Of a stretch of 64,000 nucleotides of DNA, positions 15,064-28,527 are shown in pieces (position 1 is the first letter of the stretch; each line of letters starts with the position of its first letter). The notes below the pieces were generated by a model, which saw only the letters and a program-made list of their open reading frames with translations, did no database searches and had not been told where the DNA came from. Both the position numbers and the translations under genes were made by a program. Origin of the DNA: Haliotis cracherodii (taxonomy: Eukaryota); assembly GCF_022045235.1 (NCBI RefSeq), contig NW_027266319.1, positions 22,444,001 to 22,508,000 on the forward strand, given 5' to 3'.

Positions 15064-15214
15064 ATCATTCAAACCCGACTTCCTGCTAGTGAGACAACAT
15101 GTCCGAGATGCACATGAGGACTGGAGGAACCTGTTGCTAGGCTTCCAATATGGCGGAGTGCCTAGTGTTAATGCCCTTCACTCTCAGTACCAGTTCTTGG
15201 ACAAGCCATGGGTG
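15064..15214 (+). CDS. SYN: Synapsin coding exon, domain C: (R)SFKPDFLLVRQHVRDAHEDWRNLLLGFQYGGVPSVNALHSQYQFLDKPWV
   Basis: Boundaries tttccag|A and GTG|gtacgt; translation matches the synapsin C-domain motifs (SFKPDF..VRQH, QYGG.PSVN, DKPWV); in phase with the next exon. Confidence 0.95.
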
Positions 15215-16143
15215 GTACGTAATTCAGGAGGGAGGGCCCCCTCTAACTTCCAAAGATGACCTGTCTTTGTCAACTTGCTGATGGCGTGTTATCTTTTGTA
15301 ATAGTTTTGGTTGGAATGTCAGGATATGCCACATCAGTTTGTCTGTGTTTTTGACAGGTTATTTGACGAGAGTGTCACTTTCTGCCCTCCAGTATTTACA
15401 AACTCTGGGATCTCATTTGAAAGTCCTCATGAAAAGCATTGGTTTGAGTAATTATAAATGCTTCGATTAGTGCTATCACAAAACATCTAGGCTCTCCTTG
15501 AATGTCCAGACTTTTTCAGTTGAAACAGAATCCAAAGCATTGCGTCGTTATGATATTCAGGATCTCCTTGAATGTCCAGACTTGAGTTGAGAATCAAAAG
15601 CAATACTATCCGTCGTTATGTTATTCATGATATCCTTGAATGTCAAGACTTGAGTTCAGAATCAAAGGCAATACTATCTATCATTATGATATTCAGGATC
15701 TCCTAGAATGTTCAGACTCAGAGTTGAAACAGAATCATTGCTTTGTTTCATGTGGCAATTTAATGTTTCAAACAAATTAATCATCCTTAAGTTGAGAATA
15801 AGATAGCACAGACACTATGATGTCTCTTCAAAGCACTTCTATTTAAGTATCAAAAGAGAAAGAAGTTGGTATGGTTTGATCATGTTTGTAAATGAAGATT
15901 ATTGACACTAATAATTCTTCACCATTACTTTCGGTTTTATAAGGAGAAGTTCTTACCAATGAATTGCTATGTATATGACTATATTTTCTGAAAATGTCAG
16001 TCATGGGAAGTGATCAGTAAAGCCTTGGACCAAATGTCTATGACCAGCCTCTTTTCTTCGACCCTCACAAAGTTGACATGCCACGATATAGAGGAAATAC
16101 TATTCAGAGCCGTGTAAAACAACTCACCCCATCTCCATTTCAG

Positions 16144-16233
16144 TTTGCCCATTTGATAATGATACAGAAAAGGCTGGGAAAGGAGATGTTTCCACTGATT
16201 GAGCAAGCTTACTACCCTAACCACAAGGAAATG
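16144..16233 (+). CDS. SYN: Synapsin exon FAHLIMIQKRLGKEMFPLIEQAYYPNHKEM (alternative donor at 16249 adds VSNLW)
   Basis: Boundaries tttcag| and ATG|gtgagt; 90 nt, phase 0-0; FPLIEQ.YYPNHKEM is a synapsin signature. Confidence 0.95.
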
Positions 16234-17924
16234 GTGAGTAACCTCTGGGTGAGTTTCACATCTTCTCCTTCTCTTCTCTAAAACAGCAGGGGCTGCAGAA
16301 CCACCTCCCTCTGTCTCCCACCACCACACATACTGCACAGCAGCTGTGACACCAACTTTGTCAGGAGGGTACCGTTCGTACGGCAAGAGTAACAGTCAGT
16401 GGTCATGTTTACCTGAAAATGTTAAGCTGTGACTTGGTTGAAATGTTTTTAGTATTAGGCCACACCTTTTTTACTTGTTTTACTGATGCGCTGACCATAA
16501 ATGTTGTTGAATTGGAAAAAAATAATTTCCTAATTTGTTCTCTTTTTTTATCCTGCTGATAGCATATTGCACCAAAAAATATTTTCTAAAGAAGTACCCA
16601 TTGAACATGGGCGTCAAAATTGTTCTTTTCCCTGAAGTTGATAGGATGTATAGATGCACAACAGTATACCGGCTTCATTCATCAGGTTTGCATCGCTTAA
16701 AGCAACAGCTGATTTAATGTTTAATTCATTGTATATAACACTTTCATAAGATAGTTGATCATCAAGTTTGTGCTATTTCTGCATATCCTGAACTGCTGAA
16801 CTATGAGCAGAGCTGATGTTTCTGCACAAACTGGTGTTGTAGTTGCAGCCTATGTTTGTGCAGTGGTGTGGTGGACTGAGGCTGATGGCTGCTGCAGCTC
16901 TCACTCAAATTACATCCACAACCCCAAGAGAGCTTACTTCCGTAACTGTTCGTGTTTCATTAAATACGACTCTATGCAGTCGCAAACAGACCCTCATTCA
17001 GATTAATACTTTTGTATATTCAATGATGTTTAAAACAAAATATGTTATTTAGAAGATTGAATTTCATTCCTCTTTTTTACTCACTAGAACCAATGGTTTG
17101 TGTGAGCTAATGTCATGGCCTCTTGTCCAATGCCTGTCTCTTCATTGTCAGCCCGTGGTGAACTTTACAATGCCCGCATGTCCTCTAGCCTGATGCTGTC
17201 TGTGGCTCAGTCAAACTTAGGAGGCTATACAAGGCTATACAAGGCTATACAGACTTCAGAAAGCCATGGAATTGGCAGCCTACTTTGATAAGGCCTTTGA
17301 TTTGAATCTACCTTGAAAAGGTCTTAAAATGATGTAAAATGTTTTGCAAAGACCTTGATTGGTCAACAATTGTTAATCATTAATTATTGTTTGAATTATG
17401 TTTCCTTTAAATAATATGTAATGACATCGTTTAACAAGAGATTAACTGCTACTCAAACAATAACACTGGTAATTGACCTTGAGATGTCCATATTGCCTTG
17501 AAAAGGCCTAAAAAAGGCCTTAAATTGGTGGCTCAAGTTTTGTATGAACCATGCCATATCCAGGAGGCTAACTAAGACAGTCATTTCAGGATTTAACACT
17601 TTGTGATTTACATTAAATTGATTCAAATGCAAATCAGAGGCTTGCTAGCTTAAAAAGTCAGCCAATGTATTGTTTGTAGTTTATGCGTCATGGCAACTCT
17701 TGTCAAAGTACACTGGCAGTGGGGAAAAAGGTCAGTGACATATTTCTTACTGTATGTTTCCGTCTGTCTGATGGGGCATGTGTGTAGATTCTTCAGTCCT
17801 ATATTTTAGGTGGTCAGACTCTTTGACTTGGTTGATATTAAATCATGGCAACCATGGCAACATGGATCATTGCTCATAGTATCAATCTCTGGATTGCCTG
17901 GTCCAGACTCAGTTATTGTTTGTT

Positions 17925-18445
17925 CTGCTGTCACACAGCTGGAATAAGTATACACCGCTGTCAGACAGCTGGAATATGTATACACTGCTGTCACACAGCT
18001 GGAATATGTATACACCGCTTCCACACAGCTGGAATATGTATACACTGCTCTCAGACAGCTGGAATATGTATACACCGCTGTCACACAGCTGGAATAAGTA
18101 TACACTGCTGTCACACAGCTGGAATATGTATACACCGCTTCCACACAGCTGGAATATGTATACACTGCTCTCAGACAGCTGGAATATGTATACACCGCTG
18201 TCATACAGCTGGAATAAGTATACACTGCTGTCACACACCTGGAATATGTATACACTGCTCTCAGACAGCTGGAATAAGTATACACTGCTGTCACACAGCT
18301 GGAATATGTATACACCGCTTCCACACAGCTGGAATATGTATACACTGCTCTCAGACAGCTGGAATATGTATACACCGCTGTCACACAGCTGGAATAAGTA
18401 TACACCGCTGTCACACAGCTGGAATATGTATACACTGCTGTCGCA
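17925..18445. repeat. 30-bp minisatellite, about 17 copies, grown from a SINE C 3' segment
   Basis: Unit cagctggaatatgtatacaccgctgtcaca, directly following SINE C sequence at 17810-17925. Confidence 0.92.
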
Positions 18446-18810
18446 AGCTCCATCGTTCATACAGTTTGGCCCTCACTCTATGAAGGTTCAATAATACTCC
18501 AATGAATTGACATAAGGTGAAAGTCAACACTTACCGGGGTAATTGATGGTCTCTAGGTATTGATATTGGTACCAATACTTTGATATATTCGTTAATAACT
18601 TGTCAGTATGTGGTTGTTCTTTAATAATCATTTGGAATATGCTATCACTGTCTGGGTAATATCTAATAAAGTTGACTGTCCTAGACTGTAGGTGAGCTAC
18701 AGAGCACCAAGGGCCTTTTTTCCCAAGTTTATTTATTTACATATTAAGATGATATAGTATATTGTTTCACTGTTATAGGCTGTTATATCCTTGCATGATA
18801 CCATGATGTA

Positions 18811-19847
18811 CCATATTTTCTTGAGTATAGTGCGCACCCGAGTATAATGCGCTACACCCTCAAGCAGATTCAGTATTTTAGAAAAAAATTATCGAATATT
18901 ATGTGCAGAAAAAAATTACAACGTATCCCTTCAGCGAATTCCGTTAAACGAACGGGTGATGAGAAACTTGGTCAGTACAAATTTGAAATTAGAGCCTTGT
19001 GTATTTTCTCATAAACTAAGCCAGAAACAGCAATCAGCTGTACACACGTTTTCTTGGAATCTACCGGTGATTCGGTCAAGACACAACCTATGATATAACT
19101 TTACAGGATTTTAATGCAAGGATCGGCAAAAATTGTATCTGAAACTATTTATTTTTATCAGGAATGATATATTCCAATATTTTGTTATTTTACTTGCAGC
19201 TTTGACTCAATATGTTTAAAATAATTATAACCCTAAGCGAAGCAGCTGATCGCTATTGCCTGTTATCATTTGTCACATGGAACCAGTTTGATCAGTCACC
19301 GTCAAGGCTCCCGCGCACGTGATCACAAGAACTGCGTGTTGACATAGAATCGTCAAACTATAACAAGTATGACTTTTAATGAGTCAAAGTATGGCATTTA
19401 TGATATATGTATCCATTCTCTGTCAACTAAAGTTCGTTTCAAGGCGTCAATAGCGGTAATCTGATCGTGGTTGCTGTTAATAATGGTGAGTTGTGCAATC
19501 TTCCGATAGCTTCACACATGATTTTGCCAAAATTAATTAATAACAATATTAATTAATAACAATATTAAAAGGAATTTTTAATAAAATATATTAAATAAGT
19601 TACAAACATAAGTCCAGATATACAAAGAACACTTTTTATAGCCAGACTGTGTAATTACATGATTAATTTGCGTACTTCAGTATGGATTTGTTGACATGGT
19701 ATTTCCGGTGTTATGTGCTCAGAGCAATGTCTTCCTTTGGGGGACAAAAAACATCAAAACTCATAATTGCTTGTATAATGCGCACCCCCTTCTACACAGC
19801 TGTGTTGGTTTTTTTAAAAAGTGTGCAATATACTCAAGAAAATATGG
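18811..19847. mobile_element. Non-autonomous Tc1/mariner-pogo-type MITE
   Basis: TIRs ccatattttcttgagtata / tatactcaagaaaatatgg with TA on both sides; related fragments at about 5410-5600 and 32681-33030. Confidence 0.88.
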
Positions 19848-21810
19848 TAATCAAGTATTTCCCTATGGTGTCATATCCTTGCATGATACCTTAATGTAAT
19901 CAATATTATTCCCTATTGTGTCATATTGACTGACATAGCCTTGCATGATACCATGATGTAATCAATATTATTTCCCTATCATATCATATCGACTGACATA
20001 TCCTTGCATGATACCATAATGTAATCAAGATTATTTCTCTATTGTGTTATATTGACTGACATATCCTTGCATGATACCATGATATAACAAAAGTATTTCT
20101 CTTTCATGTCATAGTATCTGACATATCCTTTCATGATACCATGATGTAATCAATATTATTTCCCTATCATGTCATATTGACTGACATACCCTTCCATGAT
20201 ACCATAATGTAATCAAGATTATTTCTCTATTGTGTTATATTGACTGACATATCCTTGCATGATACAATGATATAACAAAAGTATTTCTCTATCCTGTCAT
20301 ATTATCTGACATTTCCTTGCATGATACCATGATGGAATCAATATTATTTCCCTATCATGTCATATTGACTGTCATACCCTTGCATGATACCATGATATAA
20401 CAAGATTATTTCCCTGCCGTGTCATACTGACTGACATATCCTAGCATGATATCATTATATACCACAGTTATGTCCTTATCATGTCATGTTGACTGACATA
20501 GCCTTACATGATATAATGATATACCAATGGATTATTAGCTAATGTATTTTTGCATGATATCACATGAGTCCCAGGCCATTTCCCTTTTCATGCTATGTAG
20601 AATGATGATATGTGATATACCAAGGTTATTTCCATATTGGCTGATATCTCATTGCATGGCATCATGATAGCAAGGTTATTTATTTATCTATAGGTTGATA
20701 TAACCTTGCATGATGCCAAAACATACTTTGCTATCATGTAATATAGGCTGAGATCCACTCATGGTTCCATAATACCATGATTATATCCTGGTCATGTAAT
20801 ATTATAAGGCTTGCATGATACAATGGTCTATTAAGAATATTACTCTATTATGATAACCTTGCATGATATCAAGATGTTTTTTCCTATGATGAAATAAAGG
20901 CTTATATATGCTTGTGTGATACCAAAACTTATAACTTCTGTATCATGCACTGCTGGTTGATACATCTCAGCATGATGTCAAGATGATCTCTCTAACCTGT
21001 AATATTTAAGCTGGTACATCCATGCATGACAACAAGATTATTTGACGATCATGCATTATGACCCGATATATCCATGCATGATGCTATGCTTATCTCACTG
21101 TCATGCATTATGGACAGAATATATCCTTGCTTGATACAAAGATTATTTCTCTATCAGGATTTATGGACAGATGTATCCTTGCATGACACTAAGATTATTT
21201 CTCTATCATGCATTATGGACAGATATATTCTTACACGTTACTAAGAATATTTCTCTATCATGCATTCTGGACAGATATATCCTTACTTTATACAGAGATT
21301 ATTTTTCTATCATGCAGTATGGACTGATATATCCTTGCATGATACTAAGATTATTTCTCTCTGATGCATTATGGACAGATATATCCTTGCATGATACTAA
21401 GAATATTCCTCTATCATACATTTGTGACAGATATATGCTTGCATGATACTAAAAATATTCCTCTATCATGCATTATGGACATATATATCCTTGCATGATA
21501 CTAAGAATATTCCTCTACATCATGCAATATGGACAGATATATCCTTGCATGATAATAAGAAGATTCCTCTATCATACATTTGTGACAGATATATGCTTGC
21601 ATGATACTATGAATATTCCTCTATCATGCATTATGGACAGATACATGCTTCCATGATACTAAGAATATTCCTCTATCATTCAATATTGACAGAATATATG
21701 CTTGCTTAATATATATATTTTTTTCTCTATCAAGATTTATAGACAAATATATCCTTGCATGATACCAAGATTAATTCTCTAAAATGTTAACCTTGCATGA
21801 TGCCATGAAT
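19848..21810. repeat. Degenerate satellite with core atatccttgcatgatac (~61-bp units drifting to ~52-bp units)
   Basis: Dozens of ccttgcatgata cores; the first unit lies left of the MITE at about 18785. Confidence 0.88.
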
Positions 21811-23585
21811 TCATTATTAAGTAATATGACACTACATGACATATTGTTTTCATATTTCTTATGATTTGTAGTTCCCATGTTTTTGTCCAACATTGTTACC
21901 AGAAAAGCTCTCTTGGGATTGTGTTTTAATTGTAATATATCATCACCGGAGTTATTAAAGATTTAACAAACTTGAATGTTACGTAACTGTTTGGAGTTGA
22001 GAAGCAGTGAAACAACCATTGTTTTGGCAAATCATTCCTACTCGTACCTCACAATTGATGTGTTTTGTGACAGTCTAAACTATGGCACACCTGGTGATTT
22101 GTCTGTTATGAAATCATCCATTTATAGCATGTTTTCACACACACAGACAACAGAATTGGTTTGTTTATATTTTTTCGTATTTTTAGTATTTATGATTTCA
22201 TATCCAATATTTAAGTGTCAATCATTCCTACTTTCAAGTGGCATCAGAAAAAGGGAGATAACTCTGTCATGAATAGTTTCACTTTGGATTAGAACAATTT
22301 TGTTGCTTGGTATGAATGTGAACTAGCTTTATGGTTACTTAATGTTAGATATTTGTTGATATTGTGATTTGATAGTTTTTATCCTGCTTGTTTACAACTC
22401 ATTATGCTATGATTAGGAGATAAATATTGTTGTGTGTTTTCAGTTTAACGGTTTCAAACGTAGATTCAATACCTGTAAATTTCATTCAAAATCAAACGTA
22501 ATAGCATGAGGTTTTGAATTTGAAATAGTTGCTTGTATCAAATCTATGTTTGAAACCTCTACATTGAAAACACACCAGATTTACCTCCCTTCTACCATGA
22601 CAAAATGACCAAATAAATGCGAACTCTTTAGCTATAGCAAAAATGATCAGTGATATGGCATCGGTTGAGCCTATTATTTTCAGAAGTTTGAAAGGGCAAA
22701 TTCAGGGATCATGGAAGAACGATTTTAATCTGTATAAATGTTTTGCTTTTTATCCCCAAAATATAACTTTCACCATAACACTTGAACAACTTCAAAAAGA
22801 CACAATAAATTTGCATAGTCAGGTATCTTGTAAGCATTATTCAAACTGACATCCCAAGAGAAAAGAATGTGACCTTTGTGATGTTTTGTTCTAAACTAGA
22901 CACCACTATCATAAAGTCATAAAGTTCTAAGGAAAGGCAGACTAAGCATTGTGACAAAATGTAATAATGTAACACCAAATGCCAAGCTGTGTTGATGATA
23001 CTGAATTTTACAATACTTTCTCTATGTATTTGTTCTTCAAGTTTTCCGTCTGAAATATATTGTTACACGTGATGTAAAGAACGTATGATCCACAACATGT
23101 TAATTAGCAATATCATCGGTATTTAAACTTTAAACAGTGCTTCTGAATATATATTTTCTTTCGCAGTTAATGCGGTCATCAGCAAGATCGTTGTCTAAAT
23201 TTAATGTAGATTTGATACCTCTGGCAAAACATTCAGAATGCAGGATTCTAAAATGTCATGGTAGAATGTTTATGTGGCTGATTGTTTATTGTCACGACAC
23301 TTGTCGTTTTATGCTTTTCTATTCTAACTACGCAATTTTTGCCTTTTTCACTTTTATTACATGTTTGATATTTTTATGCCAGTTTTCATATGATCTTTTA
23401 TATTTACTTTTATGATAATCCTTATTTATTATACATAGGATGTACATCTAAAGGTCATACTGTCACATAAGAGTAGCAGTTCTAGAAATGTGGTGATTGT
23501 CACCTTTTCCTATGTTCGTAATGTTAGCTCTGGCAACTCGGTGAAATACCACAAGATCCATTAGTCACCATTTCAGATGTTATAC

Positions 23586-23873
23586 GGGGGCACGGGTGGC
23601 CCAGTCGTCTAAGGCACCGCGATTCGCTGTGCAGAGTTGCGTCCCTTGGGCACGCCAGAAACCTATGATTGTGGGTTCGAATCCCAGTTCGCCCTGATTA
23701 TGTTTCTAGGTTTGTCAGCACCATACCCGTGCTCGTGGGTTTCACCGAAGTGGTAAACGTCTGAGACCTGCATCACTTCGGGCTTTCCTCCCACATTAAG
23801 CTGACACACCGCGATATAACTGGAATACTGTTAAAAGCGGCGTTAAACCCAACTCACTCACTCACTCACTAAC
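23586..23873 (+). mobile_element. SINE family B
   Basis: Consensus match; TSD tcagatgttatac. Confidence 0.92.
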
Positions 23874-24549
23874 TCAGATGTTATACACCATAAAACTTGT
23901 TGCAAACTTCAAAATTAATTTCTCCAGTGTTACATATAACAAACTTATCAGATTAATAAACAACTAACAAGAACTAAAATAAATAAACACCTGAATGCTC
24001 TTGTTAATTTACATTGTCATTTTATGTTGACAAAAATATAAATTGCTGATAAGTGTTGTTAAATCGCAGGATGGAATGAATAATGTCCTTGAAAGATCAA
24101 ATTTCTAGATAGGAGTGGGTTTCAGTAATAAGGCCATTGTCCCACAAACATAATATTCATTTAGAGTTACATTTAAGTGGTAAATGACTTGACCGCTTTT
24201 ATACTAACTGTTTTCTTAGCTTGTATTTTTCTAGACTAAACAACACACCAAGATAAGGTATTGTTACTGTTACATGTTAGTTGCTGATTAAATTTAGAGT
24301 TACTTGGGCACTTTGTGTAAGAGAATGGCAACATGTTTTTTCTAAGAGAGGTAAAATATGGACAGGTTAACAGAAAATGATGGTACTTGTTGCTGTGAAT
24401 GGCACTATGCATTAAGGGGATAAAACAAGGACTGGTTGGTTCGGAGTCAGGATGCAGTATCTCAGTGTCTATGTCATGTTGTTAGGAAATTTATGATTAT
24501 ATCAAAGTTTGTTTGTTGTTTCATACCGCACTCAGCATTATTGCAGCTA

Positions 24550-24977
24550 CAGTCAAATCTCGTGAATCTGACAATCGGCTTATTCGACACAAATGATGTG
24601 AACAAATTCACTCATTAATCAGTCTCGTTAATCCGACACAGTGATCAGCATACTCCGTGGTCATCTGCCTGCGAGTACACAGCCCCATGTTTTGTTGCGA
24701 GACTAGTGGGCGAGTAGCTGCATACTGTATTTCAATGGCTGCAGTGGTTAAACTTTAGTGGTTGCATGATTAGAAAACATATTCCACTGACAATGTAACA
24801 CAACAATATGAATATTTCATTTTTCATTTTCCAACGTGTTCGTATCATTATCTATGATGTAGTTGTCCAATTTTCGATCACGAACGTTTATACTACCTAA
24901 TTTCCTTTATCCGACATACTCGTTAATCCGACATAATCATATGCAACCAACAATGTCGGATTAACGGGACTTGACTG
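24550..24977. mobile_element. TA-flanked MITE (CAGTC termini) inserted in an old - strand SINE C
   Basis: Ends ta|cagtcaaatctcgt and acgggacttgactg|ta; internal cgttaatccgaca repeats. Confidence 0.75.
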
Positions 24978-26115
24978 TATATAATTGTCATTATACAAAT
25001 GAATTTGGACTAGACACACCAGAGATTGACATCAAGCTAACAGGTCCACATTATTTTGATTCAATGACTTGCAAACAAACTATTCGATAACCTTAAACCC
25101 CTTTTTGCCCCACCTCACCTCCACAATAGTGTATTGGGATATAAATGTACCGTGGATAGAGTACAGCAATACATTTTATATCATGTAGTTCATATATCAA
25201 GGGGGCGGTCGGGTAGCCTAGTGGTCAAAGCGTTTGCTCGTCACGCCGAAGACCCGGGTTTGATTGGGTACAATTAAATTTGCAAAACGTACGTAATAGC
25301 TATTGGCGATTTCATCTGTGGATTATATATTATAGCTGTGGATTACATGTATTGTTACATGTAAAGATTGTGGAGCTTATGAAGAACGATAAACTTAGAA
25401 CATTCAATTGAAAACTTATTATCGGAAGTAGTATCATGCATAACATTTTTTTTAATAATGACAACATTGGTGTAAAATAATAACTTTATTGATAATTTAT
25501 AACAATAATGGCTCTAGTCGTGGCAACTTCCAAACTTTCGGGAAGTTGTAATCTATCGGACCGTCACTCAGGCGATGTTTCTGACAGATCATGATTGGGA
25601 AAATACTATCATGAAAGTGTATCCCCTGGATAAGCCGACCCCTTTCTACAGAATCTTTTTTCTGGTCCTCAAAATTCGGCTTATACGCAGTCATATATGA
25701 TATTGTACAATATGTCAAGCACACATTTTCATGTATTTACATTAATTATAGTTTCCACATAAGATCACACTTTATTCTTGTTTTCAGATTATTTTTAAAC
25801 AAATGGCGTGTCAAAACAAAATATGATATTGTATTCAACATATTAAATACCCAGGGCACATAAACATGTCTAATTATTGGTGCTAAAGACTACTTTATAT
25901 AATTTTGATAAGGTTAAAATTCTAATTGTCATAGTTTTGATCAAACCTTATCAAACCTTGTCAAGTGAAGATCTTGATCTGTTTTGTTTATAAAAGATGC
26001 TTGGATGTGTTTTCAAAACGTTCCAGTGGATGGGAACATGATGCTTAAAATGTCATGCATGACAAAACTACCTTAGTCGTATCAGACCAACTGATCATTA
26101 AAACATTAGAATGTG

Positions 26116-26121
26116 TTTATT
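26116..26121 (-). terminator. Candidate TIMP polyadenylation signal AATAAA
   Basis: tttatt on the + strand about 660 nt downstream of the TIMP stop. Confidence 0.35.
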
Positions 26122-26783
26122 TGTTTATGAAAAAACATTTTTTTATAATTAGAGAAATAAAGTGATCAACTAATTTAATTAAAATGTCAAAAAGAAGTGT
26201 TTTTTCTCCATTGTTCCAAATATTTGTTTCCATGGAGCCATAAAACCAAGAAATGTAAACAAATATGGCCTTTTGTGTGTAGTCAGCAGCCATTATCTCG
26301 AAGAACCTTGCACTTACATGCCCATGGCAAATTCTGGCTTATGATTGGCTAATCATTGATATGTTGCTCTGTCCAATCAAAGCCAGCATGCTCGGTCATG
26401 ACAGACTTTTGTGACATGACACATGACAGGAGTCATGGTAACCAAGTATGTCCTTTGTTCATATATTACTCATTCACAAAGCAAGGGGATTTTACATCAT
26501 GATAAGCAGTCCATTAATCATATAAAACACTTCATATGTAACCAAATCAAACCAAACAGCCAACACATCAACATTTTCACAAAGTCACCAAGTGTGGATT
26601 GGTTGGCACAATGTCATCACTGCACAGCAAGTCAGTTCACCATTTGGACCAGTCCAGGTTTTTCTGTCTTAACATTGGCTACAAAGCTATGATGCCATTC
26701 ACACACATCGTTTGTGATGAAACAGTGGTACTTGAATTGATTTTGATTGGCTATGCAAACATTTCTTGTTTCCGATTGGCTGA

Positions 26784-26905
26784 TCAGCATGTCAGGTTTG
26801 GAAACTTTCGGATCATGCGTCTTTGAGGCTTGGGTATCCATCTCCATGAGTGGGCGATGTGACTACACAGCTGAGTCCATAATGTACCATCTTCCCTGAC
26901 TTCTC
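26784..26905 (-). CDS. TIMP: TIMP coding exon 4: (G)EVREDGTLWTQLCSHIAHSWRWIPKPQRRMIRKFPNLTC-stop
   Basis: Acceptor ttgcag|GA; DG.L....C......W......QRR.......C aligns with the end of the TIMP N-domain; TGA directly after the sixth Cys. Confidence 0.88.
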
Positions 26906-27408
26906 CTGCAATAGGAAAATATTCAAATAAACATAGAGAAACTCATTGACCCTCTTATGGATTCCAGGATGGAATAGGTCCAAAGGAACATAAGAGGTCA
27001 TAATATATCAGGTGATAAAGCTCAATGAATGCTTGATTGCAATATCAACTTGATTGACTGTTCCAGACTGTTGTTTACAGTCTGCTGTCATAATTAGGTG
27101 AAATATTGCTGGCATGAAAAAATGATGAGACAGCTAAATTTGTCAAACATATCAATGACTCAGTGCTATTTTTTTAAATAAAAAAATATTATTTTTTTTA
27201 GGGATTTAGGAAATGGTCTTTGTTATGGGGATGGGGATGGGGGGGGGGGGGGGGGGGGGTGTAGGGTCATGAAATATGTTGCATAAAATGGGGGGTTACA
27301 TCAAATCAAAGAAGTATACTCCATCCTCTATTTTCCAGGGTGTTATATCCTCATAACATAATGATTAATACCCTGGACCCATTCATCATAGCTTGTTTCA
27401 GAAGTATA

Positions 27409-27688
27409 GGGGGGCACGGGGGGCCCAGTCGTCTGTGCTGATTCGCTGTGCAGAGTTGCATCCCTTGGGCACGCCAGAAACCTATGATTGTGGGTTTGAA
27501 TCCCGGTTCGCCCTGATTATGTTTCTAGGTTTGTCAGCACCATACCCGTGCTCGTGGGTTTCACTGAAGTGGTAAACATCTAAGACCTGCATCACTTCGG
27601 GCCTTCCTCCCACATTAAGCTGACACGCCGTGATATAACTAGAATACTGTTAAAAGCGTCGTTAAACCCAACTACTCACTCACTCACT
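27409..27688 (+). mobile_element. SINE family B (in a TIMP intron)
   Basis: Consensus match; TSD tcagaagtatag. Confidence 0.9.
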
Positions 27689-27879
27689 CAGAAGTATAGC
27701 GAATAGGACCACAGTATTTATCATACCAGAATGAAGATTTAACATTGGATAATTAACTTCTTATTTTGTAAAATATGTTTTGTTATCTATTAACATCACA
27801 TGGTCTAAGCTATGAGCATGATGAGATTGGAACACATTGCAGTCATGGCAACTAGTATCAAATAATAAGACGACTTTAC

Positions 27880-28015
27880 CTGTGATGAAGATTGGCCTGT
27901 GTGTCTGTCTATGTTGTTGGCCATATGATGGTCTACCAGGGTTTATACCACAGAGTCCGTCACTCTCCCAGGAGCTCACTGTGATCTCAGTCTCATTAGC
28001 CAGGAAACGTGGCAT
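27880..28015 (-). CDS. TIMP: TIMP coding exon 3: MPRFLANETEITVSSWESDGLCGINPGRPSYGQQHRQTHRPIFIT(G)
   Basis: Boundaries catag|ATG and G|gtaaag; S..LCG (Cys70 equivalent) and IFITG (YLIAG-like) motifs. Confidence 0.88.
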
Positions 28016-28527
28016 CTATGTCATAAACATTGATGTTCTTTATACAAGAAATGAGACATGAGAGTCACACCATATTTAGAGAATAACATCAGAGACTTAT
28101 GGAACTATGGATCATCAGTTGGGGTGAATTAATTTTGACTGTTCTGAGCCATGAAAATACTTTCAACAAATGAACGAGTAACGAATGAGTAAATGAATAA
28201 ATAAATTCCACCATTTTACCTTTACAAGATCATTGTTCATGATCATGGGGGGTACTGAATGATGGATAGACTAGGTTTCGGGTAGATGAGTGGTAGGTTG
28301 GCTGGGACGAGTCCAATTTACTACCCAGGTACCCATCCCCCTATTACCGGACCCTACCCAGCCACCCACTGTTGATCGCTGTTGAGTCAAGAGATAGGTA
28401 AAAACTCTGAGATTGGGAAAAGTTTGACCGTAGATCTGGCAGGGATTTAGAAACACATATAAAACGATCTGGTCATGCATACCCTGATGTTTACTGCATG
28501 AAGTTTTATCTATTTTTCAAACATATA

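Noticed and set aside
15997-16386. 129-aa - strand ORF overlapping a synapsin exon
   Set aside because: Non-ATG start, antisense to a real exon, no recognisable domain
17806-18494. Four overlapping 180-215-aa ORFs
   Set aside because: Artefact of a stop-poor 30-bp SINE-derived repeat
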